From positions 1,050,001 through 1,082,000 of the forward strand of contig NC_014148.1 in the NCBI RefSeq assembly GCF_000092105.1: DNA of 32,000 nt. The letters run 5' to 3'. The translations under genes were made by a program, and so were the position numbers. This DNA is from Planctopirus limnophila DSM 3776 (GTDB lineage: Bacteria > Planctomycetota > Planctomycetia > Planctomycetales > Planctomycetaceae). Below are positions 16,742 through 25,233 of this stretch, piece by piece. Position 1 is the first letter of the stretch, and the number at the start of each line of letters is the position of its first letter. The notes below the pieces were generated by a model. The model saw only the letters and a program-made list of their open reading frames with translations, was not told where the DNA came from and searched no databases.

Positions 16742-17242
16742 ATGTACTTCTCTATTGTGAAAGAGCTTTGCGTTGTGAGTGATCCCACCGAATCTGACCA
16801 TGAAGTTCCAGCCGACGAAAAGCCGCCGGAAGCCAGTGAGTGGTACTCGGCCGGGCTGAGGTTTCATTGCACGCAGTGCGGCAACTGCTGCACGGGAACA
16901 CCCGGTTATGTGTGGCTCAGCACACAGGAGATGATCGAGATCGCCGAGTTCCTGAGCATTTCCACAGGTGAACTGCGCCTCATGCATACGAAAGTCGCTC
17001 AGGGGAAACTTTCTCTCGCCGACCACGCGAATGGCGATTGTGTCTTTCTGGATGGGGCTACACGCAAATGCCGCATTTATCCCGTGCGGCCTGCCCAATG
17101 CCGCACATGGCCCTTCTGGGAGAAAACCATTGAAACTCCCGAGGCGTGGCAAGCCACATGTGAAGTCTGCCCCGGTGCTGGAAAGGGAGAACTTGTGCCG
17201 CTTGAAATCATTCGGGAGAGTGCCCGGCAATCGCGGCTATGA
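16742..17242 (+). CDS. YkgJ-family cysteine-cluster (UPF0153, Zn/Fe-chelating) protein
   Basis: HCTQCGNCCTG (CxxCxxCC) plus GDCVFLDGATRKCRIYPVRPAQCRTWPFW. The exact start is uncertain. Confidence 0.85.
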   Translation: MYFSIVKELCVVSDPTESDHEVPADEKPPEASEWYSAGLRFHCTQCGNCCTGTPGYVWLSTQEMIEIAEFLSISTGELRLMHTKVAQGKLSLADHANGDCVFLDGATRKCRIYPVRPAQCRTWPFWEKTIETPEAWQATCEVCPGAGKGELVPLEIIRESARQSRL

Positions 17243-18592
17243 CGACTTTCCGCCATTTTCGGCTGCACCGATTTGCGGATCGTAGCCGTACTTGTCAAAG
17301 AAATCCTTGAGCCGGCTGTAGATCATCTGCCGGGTCTCGTCGTCCATGATGAAGCGATTTTTTTTGTACTCTGACATCGCCTGGGCTTCGCGTTCAAAGA
17401 TCGGTTTCATGCGATCCCAGCCATCGAAGCCCAAGGTCTCGTAGACGCGCTGCATTTGTTCGACGGGATGAGCTTCGAGATCGGTATAGCGAATTTCCAC
17501 GAGATTTTTCTCGGGGATCATGTCCCGGGTTTCTTCGTAGGTTTTGAGGCAGGTATCGAGTGTTTCGAGGGTATCTTGGTAGAGCATCTCCTCACTGGGC
17601 TCGATAAAGCTGTTCTCCATGTACATCGTGCGCCGCAGGTGTAGGCTCGAGGAAAAGACGGCGTAAGGGTCACGATGAATGTAAACGAACCTGGCATCCG
17701 GGAAGAGTTCGAGCAAAGTCGCCACTCGATAGGTGTGGGAGGGCGATTTCATCACGATGGGCTTGTCGGCACGAACAGTCAGCTTTTTGACGAAGTTGAC
17801 GAGTGAGCGTTTCCACTTCGCCTGATCGCCGGGGGACATGTGCCGGACATCGAAGGTGTGGCCGTAGTATTTCCGCTCATTGGGGAAGGCGACCATCAGA
17901 TAGGGGGAAAGCTGTGTTTCGATCAGCAAGGCCACTTCGTCTTCCTGTGGCAATTTCCAGCCGGCGGGCATGTTGTCCATAGGCCGGGTTTTGGGAAGGA
18001 AGGGAGCTGCTAATTTGGAAATGACACTTTCTGTCAGCAGGAAGTGCTGCGGGTACATGACCTGATACAAGTTGGGATACGTGAACTGCGAATCGAGCGT
18101 CATCAGGTTGTGGAGCAGGGTGGTTCCACTCCGCCAGTGCCCCAGAATAAAGATTGGGGGCTTGGTCACTTGAGTCTGTTGGATTTTGCGACCGTAAATC
18201 AGGCCGGAAATCATGCTGTAGATCGAATTGAACGGGCAGATAAAGAACAGCGAAACCAGCCTGAGTGCGCGGGAATAATGCATCCGCGGGCGTTTGGCCA
18301 TTAACTGCAACAGCCCGCCAAAAGTCAGACCGTGCCAGACGGTAAATAGACCCTGGCCAGTCGATTTGAGCTTGGTGACTTCTTTAGAGGTCTCGGCTTT
18401 TTTCGCAGCGTTGTTTGACTCGTGCGAGTGATGATTTCCGCCCGATGAGGCCGCTTTGTTTGTAGATTTCAACTGGCTGTCCAACGCTTGTTCGACAACT
18501 TCCGCCGGGGGATGGGACAGAGCAGAGCGAGCCTCGGGAGTTGTCGTCACTGGTGCTGTTCTCCTGGGCCGAAACCGGGGTGACCCCTTCAA
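17237..18592 (-). CDS. sulfotransferase family protein with N-terminal low-complexity and hydrophobic extension
   Basis: 5'-PSB-like ILGHWRSGTTLLHNLM. 3'-PB-like region VMKSPSHTYRV...YIHRDPYAVFSS. 451 aa. Confidence 0.85.
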   Translation of the reverse strand: MKGSPRFRPRRTAPVTTTPEARSALSHPPAEVVEQALDSQLKSTNKAASSGGNHHSHESNNAAKKAETSKEVTKLKSTGQGLFTVWHGLTFGGLLQLMAKRPRMHYSRALRLVSLFFICPFNSIYSMISGLIYGRKIQQTQVTKPPIFILGHWRSGTTLLHNLMTLDSQFTYPNLYQVMYPQHFLLTESVISKLAAPFLPKTRPMDNMPAGWKLPQEDEVALLIETQLSPYLMVAFPNERKYYGHTFDVRHMSPGDQAKWKRSLVNFVKKLTVRADKPIVMKSPSHTYRVATLLELFPDARFVYIHRDPYAVFSSSLHLRRTMYMENSFIEPSEEMLYQDTLETLDTCLKTYEETRDMIPEKNLVEIRYTDLEAHPVEQMQRVYETLGFDGWDRMKPIFEREAQAMSEYKKNRFIMDDETRQMIYSRLKDFFDKYGYDPQIGAAENGGKSS

Positions 18593-18813
18593 TAATTCTT
18601 GTCGCTTTGATCCACGCGGAAAGTGGACGAGCGCTCTCCTTTGCGAATTGAATACCGGTATAAGTCAGTTCTGCGTTTGTCGCAACCGCAACCCCGGCTT
18701 CTTTTCTGCAACAGGCCCACTGGCGCGCAAATTGCCTCATACTTTCTGGCAGCCTTAATCAGAGCAGAAATGTTGCCAAAGCACCTCAATTTTGGGGAAA
18801 ATGACAACAGGCG

Positions 18814-19263
18814 ATGCCAGGAGACAACGCGATGTGTCAAAAAAAACGATCAGCCCTCAGCTTCGCAGATTCTGCACGTTGTGAATCCCTGGCGAAATCG
18901 TCAACTCTGTCACAAACTGGTTTCTGGCAGCACAGTGTGGCTGCTGAGCCACCAGTCATTCGTTTTCGCCGGATCTGTTGGGGGCTGATGGCTCTCTGTG
19001 GGGCGATGCTGTTTGCCACACCGACGGTGCGAGCCGAAGACTGGATGTTCAAGAGGTCGTACTTTTCCCACCTGCCGCCGGAAGGAACACCTCAAGAAGC
19101 CTGGCTGCCGAGAAGCCGTTCGGCGTACCGCACTGCTTATTATCAGGAACTTCCTTCACTGAGTTTCCGCAGTGAATTGCGCATTAACAATCGCGTGATC
19201 CAGGTTGGCCCGAGTACTGACCGTTCGATTCAGGCCGAGGGTTTCATTCAGATTCAGCCTTAA
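18814..19263 (+). CDS. hypothetical small secreted protein
   Basis: Signal-peptide-like RFRRICWGLMALCGAMLFATPTVRA|EDW. The real start is probably internal (GTG at 18937 or ATG at 18988), because the first ~40 codons are not signal-like. No family recognised. Confidence 0.5.
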   Translation: MPGDNAMCQKKRSALSFADSARCESLAKSSTLSQTGFWQHSVAAEPPVIRFRRICWGLMALCGAMLFATPTVRAEDWMFKRSYFSHLPPEGTPQEAWLPRSRSAYRTAYYQELPSLSFRSELRINNRVIQVGPSTDRSIQAEGFIQIQP

Positions 19264-19314
19264 AGGCAAAGAAACTCTGGGGTGAGTGGAGTTTCGACCT
19301 ACGCCGGAAGATCA

Positions 19315-20094
19315 TCAGGCGAAGAGCGCAGTCAACTTCTCAGATGACGAGATGGAGCCTTGGGCTAAGCCCAGGTTCTCGCACAAGACGTTGAGCACTC
19401 TGCCTTCAATGCCGTCGAGTGGCCAGGATGGTGTATCGCCAAAGCCATTTTCAGCTCGGAATTTGAACGTCTTCTGGCTCCACAAGCTTCGATCGCTCTC
19501 AGGAACAACAGTTCTTACGAGATCCCCAATTGTGACACAGCCAGCTGGCAGAGAGGTCTTAGATGACGCCACACCCTGGCTGATGCAATAGACCGTAAAC
19601 ACAAAACTCGCCGAGCCGAGCAAATAGACGCTCAATCCCAGTGCTCCACCCACGACATAGGCTGGCCAGAGTAGCATCAGCAAAATTATCAAGGCGAGCC
19701 ATGCGGCTCCATCGGGTGAAGGATGCTGGAGCTCTGGAAGAGGAATCCCCGCTTGAATCTGCCATTGCTGCCAAAAGGATTTGAGGCGTGGAGCCGGCAG
19801 CAGTTGATCGAGACGGGTGCTGGGACGCAGTCGGTGAAAAGAAACTGGTAGAGAGCTTTTGATTTGAGTCCACATCCGGAACTCGGGCAACATCGTCCAA
19901 TTCAAATTCGAGATTTTGCGAAAAGCATTCGATTCATCCCAGATTCTGCCTTCAGCAGCTAATTGATCCCGAATAATGATTGCCAAATCGCGTGGTGTTT
20001 TGACTGCTGAAAAATGTTTGTCATCCAGTTTGATGTCGAAGGTCTCTTCAAGATCCATGACGAATTCAACATAATCGAGTCCCATAGTGGCCAC
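19315..20094 (-). CDS. hypothetical membrane protein with N-terminal acyl-carrier-protein-like helix II/III segment lacking the Ser attachment site
   Basis: MGLDYVEFVMDLEETFDIKLDD resembles ACP [24 protein letters not shown]. C-terminal TM helices are AAWLALIILLMLLWPAYVVGGALGLSVYLLGSASFVFTVY. 259 aa. Confidence 0.65.
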   Translation of the reverse strand: MATMGLDYVEFVMDLEETFDIKLDDKHFSAVKTPRDLAIIIRDQLAAEGRIWDESNAFRKISNLNWTMLPEFRMWTQIKSSLPVSFHRLRPSTRLDQLLPAPRLKSFWQQWQIQAGIPLPELQHPSPDGAAWLALIILLMLLWPAYVVGGALGLSVYLLGSASFVFTVYCISQGVASSKTSLPAGCVTIGDLVRTVVPESDRSLWSQKTFKFRAENGFGDTPSWPLDGIEGRVLNVLCENLGLAQGSISSSEKLTALFA

Positions 20095-20166
20095 GCTCCT
20101 CTTGAGAGGTTGTCGAATCCAGAATGAGAAGGCCGTTTTGGAATCTGATGTTCTTCAGCCAATAGT

Positions 20167-21231
20167 TCACTCAATCCTGGCTGACTCGCGGCTCTTGGTC
20201 ACAATCTCATTCCAGCGAGATTGGCTCAGTTCGTCAAAGATTTCTTTGCGGGCGTCTTCGATACCCAGTTCACCCGGGCGGATATCGGTGACTTCGATCA
20301 AATGAATCCCCAGTGGCGATTCGACGGGTTGCCCCACTTCTCCCACTTGTTGCAAATAAGCGGCTCGACTGACTGCCGCCGGTAGCCGACCGCGATAGCC
20401 GAACCAGCCCACGTCTCCCCCCTGGCTCGCCGACTGAGATTCGCTGTATTGGCGGATCGCGGCTTCCATACTTAACTGCCCTGCCTGAATCTTCGTTTTG
20501 ATCTCAGCCATTTTTTCGCGAGTGGCTGCATCGGGCTGACCGGCGGGCCATTTGAGAAACAACTGCCGGGCACGCAATCTTGTACCATTCCAGCGTGCGG
20601 GCTGGCGTTTGAACTCGGCTGCAATGGCTGCATCGTTGATCTGAGATTGGCTGTAGACATACCACGCCAGAGGTGTCGTGATGTCGGCAGTCCACGCTGG
20701 TTCGGCTAACCCCCACGATTTCGTGATCGCGGGCAGATCGTAGCCAAAGTTTTTCCATTGCTGAATGAACTGTTCTTTACGTCTGGCGATATCAGCGTCG
20801 GCCACAGTGACCTTCTGCCGGGCGAGGAATTCCCGGATCAATTCGTTATCGACGAGTGTTTCCGTCAATGATTTGTGTGCTGCGGCAGCATCCTGGTCAG
20901 TGATGCCTCGTGAAATCCGCAGGAATTCCACTTGTGCCAAAGAAATCGGGCGGCCATTCACCCGGCGAACAATCACCTGATGCAGCGGCGTCTGCTTGCC
21001 CACCGACGTAGCCTGTGACTCCTGCTCACTGGCAACAGCTTTCCTTCCATTATCGGGAAGTTCTCCAAGTGCCAGAGTCAGACAGAGCCCCACCCATAGA
21101 ACGGCGGTCGTTTGGAAAAGTTTTTGGGTGTGCTGTTGTGGCCATGTCCTGAGGGAGGTTGTTTGTGAGAAGTCTGGTTGACGACGGGCAGGAAGGACGG
21201 CCAATCGAGGGAAAGAATGCAAGGAGGGCAT
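20167..21231 (-). CDS. parvulin-type peptidyl-prolyl cis-trans isomerase (SurA/PpiD-like), N-terminally anchored
   Basis: Parvulin domain RARQLFLKWP...GGDVGWFGYRGRLP...GIHLIEVTD. N-terminal hydrophobic segment AVLWVGLCLTLALG. Confidence 0.85.
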   Translation of the reverse strand: MPSLHSFPRLAVLPARRQPDFSQTTSLRTWPQQHTQKLFQTTAVLWVGLCLTLALGELPDNGRKAVASEQESQATSVGKQTPLHQVIVRRVNGRPISLAQVEFLRISRGITDQDAAAAHKSLTETLVDNELIREFLARQKVTVADADIARRKEQFIQQWKNFGYDLPAITKSWGLAEPAWTADITTPLAWYVYSQSQINDAAIAAEFKRQPARWNGTRLRARQLFLKWPAGQPDAATREKMAEIKTKIQAGQLSMEAAIRQYSESQSASQGGDVGWFGYRGRLPAAVSRAAYLQQVGEVGQPVESPLGIHLIEVTDIRPGELGIEDARKEIFDELSQSRWNEIVTKSRESARIE

Positions 21232-21361
21232 AGAACGTTACCAAAATCTTGAACTGCGGCAGAAGCATGTCGATCACCAGTGAAACTCTCGAGAGCAGAA
21301 AGACTATCACTCTCAAAGGGAATCAGAAAGATGGAAGCTGCTTCGCCAATAGATCAGACTC

Positions 21362-21418
21362 AAAAAAACAGACCCGGAAGCAGCCATCCTAGGGGGGCGA
21401 AGGATGACTACTTCCGGG
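21362..21418 (-). terminator. orphan rho-independent terminator (compound hairpin + U7 tract) on the minus strand
   Basis: The minus strand reads CCCGGAAG-uagu-CAUCCU-ucgccccccu-AGGAUG-gcug-CUUCCGGG followed by ucugUUUUUUUg. That is an 8-bp outer stem and a 6-bp inner stem. It lies 130 nt upstream of the PPIase ATG. Confidence 0.6.
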
Positions 21419-21615
21419 GCGATCGGAGTCGATATTGAAGCTGTATCTTCCTGAGAAGATTTGTGCTTCGATGTGTGCGGTTTCAGCGGATTGGAAAAGC
21501 CATCGCCGAGCATCCATGCCAGCGATGGCGCGTGTCGGGCTGAGGGATCAGCCTGACCAAATCGAAGAAGGAAAACCTTCTTTGCCTGTGCAGCACATCC
21601 GTGTGCGTTCCAGGC
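21362..21615 (-). ncRNA. candidate ~250-nt structured RNA (stand-alone sRNA or cis-regulatory leader of the PPIase gene)
   Basis: Bracketed by a sigma70-like promoter (21623-21651) and the terminator above. Extra hairpins: 21565-21582 (7 bp), 21534-21557 (10 bp with 1 mismatch) and 21499-21529 (8 bp). No Rfam family recognised. Confidence 0.35.
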
Positions 21616-21622
21616 GAGGCGA

Positions 21623-21651
21623 AACATAGGGATGACTTCCAATCAGGTCAA
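21623..21651 (-). promoter_or_regulatory. sigma70-like promoter TTGACC-17 nt-TATGTT on the minus strand
   Basis: -35 is the reverse complement of 21646-21651 and -10 the reverse complement of 21623-21628, read directly. Confidence 0.35.
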
Positions 21652-22060
21652 CAGGGAGTTGAGGAAACTTGTTCGGGCAAATTCTGCCGATGCTCCCGAC
21701 GAGCATGAGCAGCCTGAATTCCCATTTGTATGGGGCCAGTATCTGCAGGTCTCGCGAATCGAGGTTTTCAGGTAGATATTCGTTCAGTGGGACTGGCCTG
21801 CTACTCAGCTCGCGAATCTTGTGATGTCAAAATTTACGGGTTGTATCATTCACGCAAAATCGACTGGCAAGCCGATGGATGAATTCAGAGTCTGTCCGCA
21901 GGCTGAAGGTTGCAGCAACGAGCCAGCCTGATGCCAGAACGAGGCCAGACAACAGACAGAACGGGATGTTTCAAATCCTGTGGGCGGGATAAATCTGGAA
22001 TCGAAAACCAGTCATTCGTCCTGACAAAGGATTTGCATCGTCTCTTTCGATGAAGCCACC

Positions 22061-22090
22061 TTGACACTTGGGCAGAGCCAGACCTACAGT
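22061..22090 (+). promoter_or_regulatory. sigma70-like promoter TTGACA-18 nt-TACAGT upstream of the DegT-family gene
   Basis: Perfect -35 at 22061-22066 and -10 at 22085-22090, 36 nt upstream of the ATG at 22126. Confidence 0.4.
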
Positions 22091-22125
22091 TCGGCACTCT
22101 CAAATTCATCGCGAATGGAGTCGCA

Positions 22126-23316
22126 ATGACCGCTACGATCTCGCTCTCTTCGGGTTTAGTTTCATCGGTACCCTTTATCGATCTTGTGCCGCAGCACAAT
22201 GCCATTGCTGACGAGGTGATGGCAGCCGTCCAGAAAGTCTTCGCGGAACAGCGATTTATTCTGGGCGAAGAAGTGGTGGCGCTCGAAAACGAAGTGGCGA
22301 CTTATTGCGATGCCCGATACGCCATTGGCTGCAACTCGGGAACAGATGCTCTGATCATCGCTTTGCAGGCGCTGGGACTGAAGCCTGGTGATGAAGTCAT
22401 CACTTCGCCATTCTCGTTCTTTGCCACGGCCAGTTCGATTGTTCGTGCAGGTGCCAAGCCTGTCTTCGTGGACATCGACCCTAGAACGTTCAACCTCGAT
22501 GCACAAGCTGTTGAAGATGCGATCACTCCCAATACCAAAGTGATCATGCCGGTGCATCTGTTTGGCCAGTGCTGTGATATGGAAACTCTCAATCGTCTGG
22601 CAACCAAGTATGGTCTGTCGATTGTGGAAGATGCCGCTCAGGCGATTGGTGCGGAGTACCAGGGTCGTAAAGCGGGTGTTCTCGGAAATGTCGGCTGCTT
22701 CAGCTTCTTCCCGACCAAAAACCTGGGTGGTGCTGGTGACGGCGGAATGATGACGACTGATGATCCCGAACTGGCAGCGCGACTCAAGCGATTGCGGGTG
22801 CATGGCGATATCGGTCAGTACGAACATATTGAAGTGGGTATGAACAGTCGTCTGGACGCACTTCAGGCTGCGGTTTTGCGAGTCAAACTGCGGCATCTCG
22901 AATCGTGGACTGTCGCACGTCAGAAAAACGCGAAACGATATGCTCAAATGCTGACTCAGGCTGGTCTGACCGATTCGCTGGTCATGCCCTCCAGCGATGC
23001 CACCGGCCGCCACGTTTACAATCAGTACTGTGTGCGAGTGAAAGATGGCCGCCGCGATGAAATTCTGAAAGAGCTTCGCGGTCGTCAGGTCGGCTGCATG
23101 GTCTATTACCCGAAACCACTGCACCTCCAGACCTGCTTTGCCCCACTCGGATATCAGGCTGGTCAGTTCCCGGAAGCGGAAAAGGCCTGCCAGGATATTC
23201 TCGCACTCCCGATTTATCCCGAACTTCCCGCTGCCCACCAGGATCGTGTGGTTTCGGCTCTCGTCGAAGTTTGTCACGGTGTGAGCGAATCTCAGGTCAT
23301 TCGCAAAGCTGCCTAG
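22126..23316 (+). CDS. DegT/DnrJ/EryC1/StrS-family PLP-dependent sugar aminotransferase
   Basis: FILGEEV..LE.E, AIGCNSGTDALIIAL, GDEVITSPFSFFATA, and FSFFPTKNLGGAGDGGMMTT (PLP Lys). 396 aa. Confidence 0.95.
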   Translation: MTATISLSSGLVSSVPFIDLVPQHNAIADEVMAAVQKVFAEQRFILGEEVVALENEVATYCDARYAIGCNSGTDALIIALQALGLKPGDEVITSPFSFFATASSIVRAGAKPVFVDIDPRTFNLDAQAVEDAITPNTKVIMPVHLFGQCCDMETLNRLATKYGLSIVEDAAQAIGAEYQGRKAGVLGNVGCFSFFPTKNLGGAGDGGMMTTDDPELAARLKRLRVHGDIGQYEHIEVGMNSRLDALQAAVLRVKLRHLESWTVARQKNAKRYAQMLTQAGLTDSLVMPSSDATGRHVYNQYCVRVKDGRRDEILKELRGRQVGCMVYYPKPLHLQTCFAPLGYQAGQFPEAEKACQDILALPIYPELPAAHQDRVVSALVEVCHGVSESQVIRKAA

Positions 23317-23340
23317 TATTCGCTGGATGACGACAATTTT

Positions 23341-23385
23341 CGAGAGAGGTGCCCGTTGTACCAACTGGCACCTCTCTCGCTTTTT
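23341..23385 (+). terminator. strong rho-independent terminator of the aminotransferase gene
   Basis: CGAGAGAGGTGCC-(13-nt loop)-GGCACCTCTCTCG forms a perfect 13-bp stem, followed by CTTTTT. Confidence 0.85.
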
Positions 23386-23575
23386 GTATCGCATCCCGGT
23401 GGCCACAACGCGAACAATCCATCGATCGGTCGTGTCCACTCACAACTTGCCTAGGGCGATTGGGCTCTGTGCACACGGCCTCATCAGCGGGTAACTGTCG
23501 CGAATCGTTTGCATTCCGCACCTCTGTTGTCGATAGTTGCAGGAAAATTGAAGGTCTTCGAAAGAAAAATTTGAA

Positions 23576-25039
23576 ATGTCAGACACTCCTGAGCATCTGC
23601 TGGCCGCCCGTCTTGAAAAGCTTGAGCGAATGGAAGCCCTGGGGCATGATCCCTGGGGGCAGCGTTTCGATGGACACATGCACATTGATGCCGCCCGGGC
23701 CAAGGCACCGGAAGAAAAGGGAATCGATGGCGAAGTGGTGCGTGTGGCCGGTCGCGTCATGCGCTGGAGTGATTCGGGCAAGCTGCGGTTTGGGACAATT
23801 CAGGATTACACCGGTCGTATTCAGGTGATGATCTCGAAGAAGGACATTGCCGAAGACCAGTGGGAACTGATGGAATGCTTCCAGACGGGCGACCTGCTGG
23901 GGGTGGATGGAACGTTACGCCGCACCAATACGGGCGAAATTTCTGTTTTTGCCACGAAGCTGCATGTGTTAGGTAAGAGTCTTTCACAGCCGCCGGAAAA
24001 GTGGCATGGCCTGCAGGATATCGAGACACTCCTTCGCCAGCGTTATCTCGACCTGATCTATAACGATGGTGTTCTCGCCCGTATGTTGCGGCGATTGAAG
24101 ATCATCGATTCGATCCGTCAAACGCTGCGAGGGGAAGAGTTTTTCGAAGTTGAAACGCCTGTTCTGCATGCGATTGCCGGGGGGGCTGCAGCACGGCCAT
24201 TTATTACGCATCATAATGCGCTCGACATACCGCTTTATCTGCGGATTGCCCTCGAGTTGCATCTCAAGCGACTGATGGTGGGCGGGATTGAGCGGGTTTA
24301 TGAAATTGGCCGCGTCTTCCGTAATGAAGGTGTTGACGCCACGCATAACCCGGAATTCACCATGATCGAGCTGTATCAGGCTTATGCCGATTACAACATC
24401 ATGATGGAACTGGCTGAGAAGATTATTTCCGAAGCCTGCAAGGCTGCCAATGATGGCAAGACGGTTGTCGAGTGGGGAGACAAGACGCTCGACTTCACAC
24501 CACCATTCCAGCGGGCCAAGTATGGTGATCTGTTCCTGAAGCATGCTGGCTGCGACATGCACGATGCGGCGGCAGTGGCTGAAGTTGCCCGCAAGCTGCA
24601 CATTCCTACCGAGGGGCGGCATCATGATGTGATTGTTAACGATGTCTTTGAAGCGACCGTGGAAGATCATCTCGAAGGCCCGGTGTTTGTGATTGATTAC
24701 CCATCGAGTATGTGCCCGCTGACTAAGCGAAAGAACGGCCAGCCCGAGATTGCCGAACGATTTGAACTCTTTATTCATGGTCTCGAACTGGCCAATGCCT
24801 ATACCGAATTGAACGATCCCAGGTTGCAGGAAGATCTGTTCAAGACACAGCTGGCAGGTCTGGCAGAAGAAGACTCGATGGCGAAGATGGATCATGACTT
24901 CGTGCGTGCTCTCAAGGTTGGTATGCCTTGTGCGGGTGGTATGGGGATCGGTATTGACCGGCTCGTCATGCTCCTGACCAACACTAAGACCATTCGTGAT
25001 GTGATCTTCTTCCCGCTGCTGAAGCCCGAAGTCGAGTAG
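23576..25039 (+). CDS. lysS: lysine--tRNA ligase, class II
   Basis: N-terminal OB-fold region, FRNEG (motif 2), and [15 protein letters not shown] (motif 3). 487 aa. Confidence 0.97.
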   Translation: MSDTPEHLLAARLEKLERMEALGHDPWGQRFDGHMHIDAARAKAPEEKGIDGEVVRVAGRVMRWSDSGKLRFGTIQDYTGRIQVMISKKDIAEDQWELMECFQTGDLLGVDGTLRRTNTGEISVFATKLHVLGKSLSQPPEKWHGLQDIETLLRQRYLDLIYNDGVLARMLRRLKIIDSIRQTLRGEEFFEVETPVLHAIAGGAAARPFITHHNALDIPLYLRIALELHLKRLMVGGIERVYEIGRVFRNEGVDATHNPEFTMIELYQAYADYNIMMELAEKIISEACKAANDGKTVVEWGDKTLDFTPPFQRAKYGDLFLKHAGCDMHDAAAVAEVARKLHIPTEGRHHDVIVNDVFEATVEDHLEGPVFVIDYPSSMCPLTKRKNGQPEIAERFELFIHGLELANAYTELNDPRLQEDLFKTQLAGLAEEDSMAKMDHDFVRALKVGMPCAGGMGIGIDRLVMLLTNTKTIRDVIFFPLLKPEVE

Positions 25040-25233
25040 TCTTTTTTCGAGTGGTGCCCGGTCAATCAACCCTGATCTGCGACGGGATAATGTGCTGTCG
25101 CCCATTCAGTTTTTGTAAGACCCTCGTATCGCTGCTATGATGTCGAGTAGGGTCAGGATTCGTGAGTGGCAGAGATCCACTTGAAGAATCTGACCATGAC
25201 TGATTTCGAGCAGCGACGCGGTTTGAGCACAAT

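Noticed and set aside
16712-17230. 172-aa ORF on the minus strand
   Set aside because: Antisense to the YkgJ-family gene, which carries the diagnostic CxxCxxCC cluster.
21313-21642. 109-aa minus-strand ORF (TTG start) in the long gap upstream of the PPIase gene
   Set aside because: A strong intrinsic terminator (21362-21418) lies inside it and several stable hairpins lie along it. The composition does not look protein-like, so a structured RNA fits better. It is not fully excluded.
22162-23439. 425-aa ORF on the minus strand
   Set aside because: It is fully antisense to the DegT-family aminotransferase gene, which has unmistakable motifs. The product is R/H/S-rich with no motif, so it is a shadow ORF.
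23984-25105. 373-aa ORF on the minus strand
   Set aside because: Antisense to lysS, and its sequence does not look protein-like.
25040-25120. Possible lysS terminator (GCGAC-13 nt-GTCGC followed 8 nt later by TTTTT)
   Set aside because: The stem is only 5 bp and the T-tract is displaced, which is too weak to call.
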